From positions 1 through 40,435 of the forward strand of contig JAXHUK010000026.1 of NCBI GenBank assembly GCA_034189725.1: a stretch of 40,435 nt of DNA, given 5' to 3'. Numbering within the stretch: position 1 is the first letter of the stretch; every line of letters begins with the position of its first letter. The notes below the pieces were generated by a model. It saw nothing but the letters and a program-made list of their open reading frames with translations, was not told the DNA's origin and made no database searches. Source of the DNA: Chloroflexota bacterium (GTDB taxonomy: Bacteria; Chloroflexota; Dehalococcoidia; SZUA-161). The position numbers and the translations under genes are program-made. Below are positions 26,181-33,756 of this stretch, piece by piece.

Positions 26181-26696
26181 TTACATACTAAAGTAATAAT
26201 CATCGGATATCCCATTAGGAATGAGAACCTTGACATTGTATTCACCGGGCGATAATGTTTCATCGTAGCTAACCTCTATCATCACGGTCGTTGCAGTCCC
26301 CCACTCATCCCCATTCTCTATTTCCTCATCCCAGCGAGGGTATTCACCATCAGCATAGTCGACATGAGGAATCCAGGCCCAAACTGTATCGTTGCCGCTG
26401 AGAAGAACGTCGCAACGCTCGATATCATCCACAGGTTCACTGCCAACATTCTTCACCCAGATAAAAATATCGAAGTTGCTATCCTCGTTAGTATCCTGCC
26501 ATTGCCCGTCGTTATCTAACTCTCCTGCAGCATGAATGATCTCGATATGACTTCTGATGCGTTCGTTCATCCGTGCAGAGGCGCCACCCAGCGCCCCGCT
26601 AGTCGTCGTAACCGCTGGATACACCGCATTGATCACCAGCGTCACACATACTACAGCAGCCACTACCAATAAAATCGTGGTTAATGCTTTATCCAT
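26181..26696 (-). CDS. arlF: ArlF/FlaF-like protein (N-terminal TM + archaellin-like beta domain)
   Basis: 171 aa with the N-terminal helix ALTTILLVVAAVVCVTLVINAVYPA followed by a beta-rich domain. It overlaps the upstream gene by 8 nt. The assignment is by synteny. Confidence 0.55.
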   Translation of the reverse strand: MDKALTTILLVVAAVVCVTLVINAVYPAVTTTSGALGGASARMNERIRSHIEIIHAAGELDNDGQWQDTNEDSNFDIFIWVKNVGSEPVDDIERCDVLLSGNDTVWAWIPHVDYADGEYPRWDEEIENGDEWGTATTVMIEVSYDETLSPGEYNVKVLIPNGISDDYYFSM

Positions 26697-27651
26697 GTTT
26701 GGACTTCCCGCTGTTTAATCCACCATTGAGAAGCTGCGTAACCACAACTGACTCCAGGGCTCCACTACGATAGCGCAGCAAGCTATCCAGCTCAATAAGA
26801 AGCTGGATACTAGCAGATGCTGACATATCCTCATTCTCGGGAGAATCCTCGCCCCGGTTGTTGTCACTGTAGAGGTCAGCCAGCAGCAGCATAGTCTGTT
26901 TCAAGCGTGATGGAACATTGCCCGTTATATCATATATCTCCACCACCTTAGTTACCCTGCTTTTACCAACCTGATTGACAGCACGTGACAGCCACTGTGC
27001 TAACACTGATACCGTTAACAGATCAATAACTTGATCGTCCCCGGTCTCTGAAGGGCCCCCATTTCCACAGCTACAACCAGAGTCAGGTTCACCCTGTTCA
27101 TTCAAGCTATCAACTAAACCAAGCTCCAGGAAATTTGATCCTGATCCGCGACTGCCCTTCTTAGCAGTCACACCCAAATCTGTTGGCGGCGAGACATCTC
27201 CCGGACTTTGCGCGGACGGTTCATCAATACCACCAACAAAACCTGGCATCACAGGAATAACCGATGGCATTTGAGCAGCTTGTGGTGGGATTGCAATCTC
27301 CCCAGGAAAATCCATCGCTGGCATTTGAGCAACCTGGGGGGGAACTCCACCACCCAAATTCATCGCCGGCGTTTGAACAACCGGGGGTGGAGCAATTCCA
27401 CCACCCAAACTCGTATCCAGAACTACGGCGGGTTGTCGCTGCCCCAAGGCGTCTGCGGCACCGGTGGCACCTGAAAGAGGTCCAGGTGCTGATGAGACTA
27501 TGGTACCACTACTATCCAAGGGAGGAATGTAGGGATACCCACCACCAGTAGCCAGTGTATCCTTAATATCGAGCAGCACCGACTGTATCTGGTTCTTAAG
27601 CACCTTCATTTCCTCTTCGAGTGCCTCGATTCGCTCTTCCATGCTGCCCAA
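26689..27651 (-). CDS. ArlC/D/E (FlaC/D/E)-like archaellum accessory protein
   Basis: N-terminal coiled coil MEERIEALEEEMKVLKNQIQSVLLDIKD. A central Pro/Gly/Met-rich degenerate repeat has PPxxAQMPxx three times. The C-terminal region LLTVSVLAQWLSRAVNQVGKSRVTKVVEIYDITGNVPSRLKQTMLLLADL resembles the FlaD/E domain. The start is TTG at 27651 or ATG at 27642. Confidence 0.6.
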   Translation of the reverse strand: MGSMEERIEALEEEMKVLKNQIQSVLLDIKDTLATGGGYPYIPPLDSSGTIVSSAPGPLSGATGAADALGQRQPAVVLDTSLGGGIAPPPVVQTPAMNLGGGVPPQVAQMPAMDFPGEIAIPPQAAQMPSVIPVMPGFVGGIDEPSAQSPGDVSPPTDLGVTAKKGSRGSGSNFLELGLVDSLNEQGEPDSGCSCGNGGPSETGDDQVIDLLTVSVLAQWLSRAVNQVGKSRVTKVVEIYDITGNVPSRLKQTMLLLADLYSDNNRGEDSPENEDMSASASIQLLIELDSLLRYRSGALESVVVTQLLNGGLNSGKSKHG

Positions 27652-27670
27652 TCCTGTTTCTTAATACCAT

Positions 27671-27713
27671 GGAGGTCGCTGCGGGGACGGCTGACTGGGT
27701 GACAGCGACCTCC
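27671..27713 (-). promoter_or_regulatory. Intercistronic stem-loop between archaellin and accessory genes (attenuator, terminator or processing site candidate)
   Basis: Perfect 11-bp GC-rich stem ggaggtcgctg / cagcgacctcc with a 21-nt loop. It lies in the 98-nt gap between the arlB stop and the next start. Confidence 0.45.
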
Positions 27714-27749
27714 TAATCAACTCAAGCACGTATATAAGTTACAACCTCG

Positions 27750-28364
27750 CTAGTTCAGAATCATTTGATTGTCGAGGTTGGCCGGGGTTGTCCTCTCAAT
27801 GACGAGTGTGCTTCCTACCTGAGGCATAACCTCAATGGTGAAGGTGTGATACGTCCCTATAGTCTCACCAACACCTGTCAGATCCACCGTGAGCTTGAAC
27901 ATCTCACCCGCTTCCAGCAGTTCATCATTGTCTCGCTTGCCCAGCTGCGTCTTGCTCCAGGCCAAGTCATATGCGCTTGCACCCTGGCTGGTGTAGGATA
28001 TAATGGCAACGTTGGAGCTACCAGTGTCAGCTAGCCCATCACTGTCAATATCATTGGGACATGTAAGGTCGATCGCCTCACCCTTAAGGGCATTGGTTAC
28101 AGTGAACGTCACATTGCCAACTGCAGTTGCATTGGCTTGCTTGGCGGCTACTACACTACCGACCAGCTCCAGCGTAGATCGAGTCTCCTCAATTCCTGCG
28201 TAGATGGCCTCCTGCCCCTTCTGGGACGAGAATATCCCCGCTGACAACACCGTGTACGCAAAGACCGAAGCAACTACTACGAATGCAATCAAAATGATCG
28301 CCGTCTCCAAGCCAGTGATGCCCCTCTCATCCCGCTGTGTCTTCCCCATGAACTTTTTCAACAT
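27750..28364 (-). CDS. arlB: Archaellin (archaeal flagellin ArlB/FlaB) with class III signal peptide
   Basis: ATG at 28364 follows AGGAGG. The N-terminus MLKKFMGKTQRDERG-ITGLETAIILIAFVVVASVFAYTVLSAGIFSSQKG matches the conserved archaellin prepilin-like N-terminus. The ORF stays open back to 28418. Confidence 0.88.
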   Translation of the reverse strand: MLKKFMGKTQRDERGITGLETAIILIAFVVVASVFAYTVLSAGIFSSQKGQEAIYAGIEETRSTLELVGSVVAAKQANATAVGNVTFTVTNALKGEAIDLTCPNDIDSDGLADTGSSNVAIISYTSQGASAYDLAWSKTQLGKRDNDELLEAGEMFKLTVDLTGVGETIGTYHTFTIEVMPQVGSTLVIERTTPANLDNQMILN

Positions 28365-28450
28365 TTGTTGACCTCCTGTAATTTTTTCGGCCCACATATT
28401 CAGTATGGCAACCTGCATGTGGCCTCTGCAGACTGCATCTGATATCCTCT

Positions 28451-28720
28451 TTAGTCCTCAACCATGCCTATCACCTCCCCTTGACCTTCACTTTCCCTCG
28501 TCTTATCGTAGAGAAAGGCCAAGACTTCTTGTTCCCGGTATCTCCAATCGCCACGACCCCCCACCTTATAGGCAGGGAGCTTTCCGCTTCGACTCCAGCG
28601 CCTTACTGAGCTGACATGCACCCTGAGAAAGTCTGCAACTTCATCGCATGTCATTATCCGTTTATCTTCCCGCTGATCTCTACCAGTCTCTTTATTTGTT
28701 CCACTCTCCAACCTGCTCAC
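28451..28720 (-). CDS. Excisionase/MerR-like helix-turn-helix DNA-binding protein, first gene of the archaellum operon
   Basis: HTH pattern MTCDEVADFLRVHVSSVRRWSRSGKLPAYKVGGRGDWRYREQEVLAFL. Candidate starts are GTG at 28720 (after GGGAAGGGGG), ATG at 28654 and TTG at 28759. Confidence 0.75.
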   Translation of the reverse strand: MSRLESGTNKETGRDQREDKRIMTCDEVADFLRVHVSSVRRWSRSGKLPAYKVGGRGDWRYREQEVLAFLYDKTRESEGQGEVIGMVED

Positions 28721-28976
28721 GGCATCGCCCCCTTCCCACCTACTGTAGTACTCGAGCAATAAAACGGGTTGTTCTTAAACTGCATCTTACCTACTTTTAC
28801 CTGACTTCCAGACCTCAAAGAATAGTTCATATTTGACCAGAGAATACGAATTCGCAACTTTAGCGAGCAATAGGAAACTTTCTAGAGCAATCATATATTC
28901 TGTACCCATAAGGAACAATCACCCAACTGTGCAGAGCGGGAAAGTAAATAGTCATGTCTATTATGCTGGTACAAAT

Positions 28977-28989
28977 GTACTATAGTACT
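28977..28989. promoter_or_regulatory. Perfect 12-bp palindrome GTACTATAGTAC containing the ATAGTACT box
   Basis: 28977-28988 is self-complementary. ATAGTACT (28982-28989) recurs at 38214 and 38244 upstream of the paralogous HTH gene. TAGTACT also occurs at 28746-28752. Confidence 0.4.
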
Positions 28990-29692
28990 CCAATCGAGCG
29001 TATGTATATGGTGAAAAAGACACTGAAGGGGAGGCTCATCGGAGACAGTGGGCTATTACTGTAATTGCAAATCCACGAATGCATTCAAGGATTAAAATCC
29101 CGCCCACCAGCGAATTCACTGACGGTCATATTCTCACAGAGTAGGCTCTCTTCGAGGAGGTACTCGATGAACCCTTTAAGATGTGTATTCTCCTTTGCCA
29201 TACTACAATCCATGAACTCTGTAGAACCAAGAGGCTTCAGTTCATGTACTCGATCGTACTCCTGCCTGGCCGCAGCAGGCTTGAGTTATCTGCACAACCC
29301 ATTACCTTCAGCCGTATGATGCGACTGTCCCCAGGGCGACCCTATGCAGGCATGGATACTGTTTACTTCGTTACACTTCCTCTCACCATACTCTGTGCCA
29401 TATCCCTCATCGCCTCTAAAAAAAGTGCTATCAGCGCAATGCCTTTCAGAACTTCTTCCAGGTCAATCGCAGTTTTCGACGAACTACTGCGCTTGACGTT
29501 TCTCTGATGGGGGAATAATCAGCCCTTGAATTCACTCGGGGTTTGCAACAGTTACTTCTCCTACATTGTCCGGGATGATTTGTACCCAGGCCAAGCCCTA
29601 GATTAATTCAGCAACGACACGGAACTTTTCCCACAAGATATTAGTCTCTATAATAGAATAGAAATGATCGAGACTCTTCTTGAAGAGGTACC

Positions 29693-32068
29693 ATGAGGGT
29701 GAAACTACTCATTTCCCTGATAGTAACTGTGGCGGTTCTGCTCAGCGGGTGCAGTGGCACACAGCTCGCGACCCCAACCACCCTTACCGTGCCCTCGGTA
29801 GCAGCCGGCGATATATCCAACCCAAAGCTGGCAATGGCCTCATCGTACAGTCTGGACGGCTTCTCCGTCACTTTAGACGCCCCTTCCTATTCCCTACCTC
29901 TTACATTTACGGAAATCACAAACCACCAGACTATAGACTCTATATTCCAACTGAACGCAAGCCAGCGCCAACGCCTTGAGAGCAACGGATTTGTGGTAAT
30001 ACCCTGGCATGGCGACAACATAGTAGAGCCCTACAACTATTTGAAGCAACAAGATGTGCCTATCTTTGTCACCTCGGACACCTTGCTCCACCTGTACCAC
30101 ATACAGTTCAACGAGACACTCAAACGCATTGAAGAAGAGGAGTTCTTTGATCAGATACTCGACTTGAGCAAGGCGATGCTGGAAAGCTCTATCGAGGATT
30201 ACGAGGCTTTTTCTGACCCCGACCTCAAGGAAGCAGCAAGGAGAAACGCAGCCTACTTCGCTGTAGCCTTGAAACTGCTACAGACGCCAACCGAAGGCTA
30301 CGACGAGCAGAACGAGAAAGCCGAGGTTAAGAGGTGGAATGAGGAGAATCCCTGGGACAAGAAGGAGTTCGTGCCTATAAGAACGGTGGCCTTCGATGTC
30401 CCAAACTGGGTCGAGAACGACGTGGATAGGGAGATCAAGAACATCGAGGCGCACGAGGGATTTGCTCCAAGCGCTATATTCAATTCAAGTACAGATTGCT
30501 TGTGTGATTTCCCTGGCTGTTACTGCGAGGACTATTCCCAGTACGTTCCCAGGGGTCACTACACCAGGAGCGAGACGCTCAAGAGGTACTTCAAAACGAT
30601 GGCGTGGTACGGCAGGATGGCTTTTCTGGTCAAGGGTGGTGAGGAGGCCCTGACAATCGAAGAGGATGCCAAGCTTTCCACCATCCAGGCAGCTTTGATC
30701 TCCATTCACTTGCCTGCTGTAGCGGTTAATGGAGTCACCGCACAGGAAATCTGGAGCCGGATTTACTCGGTAACTGCATTTTATGCAGGCACCGCCGATG
30801 ATCTCACTCCCTACGAGTATCTCAGCGCCATAGAGCACGTTTTCGGCACCGAGTTTCAGGCATCTGAACTGGCGGATGAGCAGAAACTACTTAACTTCAA
30901 GGCCGAGCTAGCTCAGATGAGAAACCCCGAAATCTATGGCGGCTCAGGAGTCTGTGTTATATACCCACCGATAACCAAGGAGAAGCTCTATGAGTGTCTG
31001 GCCAAAACTAAGGGAATGCGGCTTATGGGACAAAGATTTATCCCCGACTCCTACATGTTTCAGAATCTGGTCTCCCCGGCTGTTGGCATGTACGTCGGCG
31101 ACGGCGAGCCGTTCACCATGAAGTTTACCCTCGCCGGACCAGCCAGAACACTCCCCAGGGGGCTGGATGTGATGGCTGTCCTGGGCTCGGAGCGAGCTTA
31201 TGAAATACTGGTGGAAGAAGGTGATACCGAATACCAGGGAGAAGATACAAGCTATGATAAGCAGTTGGCACTGCTCAGTGATGAATTCGCTGAATTCGAT
31301 GTCGCAGATTGGAATCGAAACCTGTACTGGGCCTGGCTCTACGCCCTGAAGCCATTGTTACAAGAATTCGGCGATGGATACCCGACATTCATGCAGACCC
31401 AAGCCTGGCAAGATAGAGCATTGCAGGTATCTCTGGCATCCTGGACCGAGCTACGGCATGACACCATACTCTACGCCAAACAGAGCTATACGCCCCTTTT
31501 GAAAATCTACAGTGAGCCTACCCCCAAACCAGTTGTGGGCTATGTGGAGCCTGTCCCCGAATTCTACGCCAGGATGCTGGCACTTACAAAGATGACCCGG
31601 GAGGAACTTGCCCAGCTCGATACCCTGACCGCAGCGGAAAGCTCACGTCTGAAAGACCTGGAGAACATCCTGGCAAGGCTAATCGATATCGCCAAGGACG
31701 AACTGGAAAACAAAGAGCTTGATGAGCAGGATTATCAATTCATCAGGAGCTTCGGGGAACAACTTGATTCCATCGTCTCCGGAGTGGAATCAGCAGGCAA
31801 GGAAACGACCATAGTCGCCGACGTCCACACCGACACCAATCCGCCGAGCGAGGTTCTGGAGGAGGCTGTGGGCTACGTTGACCTTATCCTCGTGGCATAC
31901 ATGGTCCCCGACGGCAGGGTCATCGTCGGCGCTGGCCCCGTTCTCAGCTATTACGAATTCAAACACCCTCTGGATGACAGGCTCACCGATGAGACATGGG
32001 GGGAGCTGTTGGAGCAAGGGAATCAACCGAATAGGCCGGCATGGGTCGGGAGCATGTACGCAGAATAA
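29693..32068 (+). CDS. Large lipoprotein, DUF3160-like; function unknown
   Basis: Signal peptide with lipobox LLSGC. 791 aa with internal motifs (DTLLHLYH, YSQYVPRGHYT) that I associate with DUF3160. Confidence 0.75.
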   Translation: MRVKLLISLIVTVAVLLSGCSGTQLATPTTLTVPSVAAGDISNPKLAMASSYSLDGFSVTLDAPSYSLPLTFTEITNHQTIDSIFQLNASQRQRLESNGFVVIPWHGDNIVEPYNYLKQQDVPIFVTSDTLLHLYHIQFNETLKRIEEEEFFDQILDLSKAMLESSIEDYEAFSDPDLKEAARRNAAYFAVALKLLQTPTEGYDEQNEKAEVKRWNEENPWDKKEFVPIRTVAFDVPNWVENDVDREIKNIEAHEGFAPSAIFNSSTDCLCDFPGCYCEDYSQYVPRGHYTRSETLKRYFKTMAWYGRMAFLVKGGEEALTIEEDAKLSTIQAALISIHLPAVAVNGVTAQEIWSRIYSVTAFYAGTADDLTPYEYLSAIEHVFGTEFQASELADEQKLLNFKAELAQMRNPEIYGGSGVCVIYPPITKEKLYECLAKTKGMRLMGQRFIPDSYMFQNLVSPAVGMYVGDGEPFTMKFTLAGPARTLPRGLDVMAVLGSERAYEILVEEGDTEYQGEDTSYDKQLALLSDEFAEFDVADWNRNLYWAWLYALKPLLQEFGDGYPTFMQTQAWQDRALQVSLASWTELRHDTILYAKQSYTPLLKIYSEPTPKPVVGYVEPVPEFYARMLALTKMTREELAQLDTLTAAESSRLKDLENILARLIDIAKDELENKELDEQDYQFIRSFGEQLDSIVSGVESAGKETTIVADVHTDTNPPSEVLEEAVGYVDLILVAYMVPDGRVIVGAGPVLSYYEFKHPLDDRLTDETWGELLEQGNQPNRPAWVGSMYAE

Positions 32069-32197
32069 GGCCCGACCCGCCGCTGCCCGAAAAAATGATC
32101 TCACATAACGCAGGGACCCTACTGAAAACCCTGAACGAATTCGGGGATAACCATCGCGTTCAGTATTCTAATTTATCGGATATAGTTCGGAAGTAGC

Positions 32198-32929
32198 ATG
32201 TCAACAACGCCTTTACTCAAAGCACTAACCGATACCGGGATCGGCTCCCGACGTTGGTTAGCAGATGCTATACGTCAGGGTAGAGTAACAGTGAATGGCG
32301 ATGTCGTTGAAGACTTCCGCCACGAGGTAGCTGTAGAAACAGACCTTATCTCTATAGACCAGCGACAGATCGATCTAAAACCACAGAGGTCAGTGTATCT
32401 GCTGCTTAACAAACCCAAAGGTATTGTGTCCACCACGCACGACGAGCGAGGGCGCAAGACGGTCATCGACATCCTGCCTGAGAAGTACCGCCATCTGAGG
32501 TTATATCCCATAGGACGCCTGGACAAGGACAGTACAGGGCTTTTGTTACTAACAAACGACGGAACAATAGCGCACCGCCTCACTCACCCCAGTTTCGAGC
32601 ACGAGAAGGTCTATCTGGTTTCTGTCAACGGAAAATTGAAGGGAACCGAAAAACAGAGACTACAGCACGGTATTAAACTGGAGGAGGGCATTACCACCCA
32701 CAGTGCTAACGTGGAGGAAGTGAGATTACCGCCATTCAATTACCGCATAACACTACACGAGGGTAGAAAGCGTCAGATACGCCGCATGTTCGCCAGTCTA
32801 GGTTATCGCGTCTTAGCTCTCAAGCGGGTCAGCATGGCGAACATTCAACTGGGCGACCTTCCAGAGGGAAATGTACGTCAACTTAGTCAACACGACCTGC
32901 AGTCGTTGCTCGATGATATAACTGATTAA
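32198..32929 (+). CDS. rRNA pseudouridine synthase, RsuA/RluB family (S4 domain + catalytic domain)
   Basis: N-terminal S4-like region, then the catalytic motif YPIGRLDKDSTGLLLLTNDG and a C-terminal GRKRQIRRM motif. Confidence 0.92.
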   Translation: MSTTPLLKALTDTGIGSRRWLADAIRQGRVTVNGDVVEDFRHEVAVETDLISIDQRQIDLKPQRSVYLLLNKPKGIVSTTHDERGRKTVIDILPEKYRHLRLYPIGRLDKDSTGLLLLTNDGTIAHRLTHPSFEHEKVYLVSVNGKLKGTEKQRLQHGIKLEEGITTHSANVEEVRLPPFNYRITLHEGRKRQIRRMFASLGYRVLALKRVSMANIQLGDLPEGNVRQLSQHDLQSLLDDITD

Positions 32930-33052
32930 AAGGAAAAAGGTTATCTCGATACACTCGTATCGGTTCAGGATGGCGGCCACTATTTCAAATGAACTATAAC
33001 AGGATAGTGCGCAGGAATCATAGATTACATACTATAGCTGACAGGCGTTATT

Positions 33053-33730
33053 CTATCGTTTTTCTGCTTGTCGAGGCTCACTACTATCTTCATTGCTCGA
33101 TGGATCAACCGTTTTACCGCCAAAAAAGCGGGACAGTATACTAGTAACCCCTTTCACAGAACCTTGCGAGGTTTCCTCTTTATTCATAGCAATCTCTTCC
33201 TGGCACGGCTGACGTACAGATTGCAACTCGGCCATAACCGCCTCCTCACGTAAGCGGGCCTCAGAAACTTCAGCATGATACTTCTGTATCTGGCCTTCTT
33301 GCCTCTCAATCTTTTGCTCCAAACGAAGCTGGTATTCCTTATTCTGCATTAATAGTCTCCGTCTTTCCAAAGCCCTTTCCACTCTTAACGCAAGATCATC
33401 GAGATTAAACGGTTTCGGTAAATAATCATAAGCACCAAGCTTCATAGCTTCGACAGCAATCTGCAAGTCAGCAACCGCAGTCAACATAACAACAGCAGTA
33501 TCAGGATGATCAGTCACTATTTTAGGCAGCGTCTCTATCCCCGATAGCCCCGGCATCTTGATATCCATAATCACCAATTCGAAGTCCTTCATGAAGGCCT
33601 TCCAAATAGCCTCTCTACCATCAGATGCACACTCACAGCTATACCCTTCTGCCTGTAATTTGCGTGATAGTATATCCCTTATCGGCTCTTCATCATCAAC
33701 TATCAATATTTTTCCTCTCGATTGGCTCAT
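33053..33730 (-). CDS. Stand-alone response regulator (REC + coiled-coil C-terminal region)
   Basis: REC motifs ILIVDDEEPIRD, VIMDIKMPGLSG and YDYLPKPF. The C-terminal 90 aa or so are coiled-coil/low-complexity with no recognisable output domain. Confidence 0.9.
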   Translation of the reverse strand: MSQSRGKILIVDDEEPIRDILSRKLQAEGYSCECASDGREAIWKAFMKDFELVIMDIKMPGLSGIETLPKIVTDHPDTAVVMLTAVADLQIAVEAMKLGAYDYLPKPFNLDDLALRVERALERRRLLMQNKEYQLRLEQKIERQEGQIQKYHAEVSEARLREEAVMAELQSVRQPCQEEIAMNKEETSQGSVKGVTSILSRFFGGKTVDPSSNEDSSEPRQAEKR

Positions 33731-33756
33731 TCTATCCTCCTGTAACGTGAACCACC

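Noticed and set aside
28365-28418. Longer archaellin start at 28418 (MQVAILNMWAEKITGGQQ...)
   Set aside because: AGGAGG lies at ideal distance from ATG 28364. The shorter leader gives a typical short basic class III signal peptide.
32947-32962. Small hairpin cgatac-actc-gtatcg between the convergent pseudouridine synthase and response-regulator genes
   Set aside because: The stem is only 6 bp with no U-tract, which is too weak to call a terminator.
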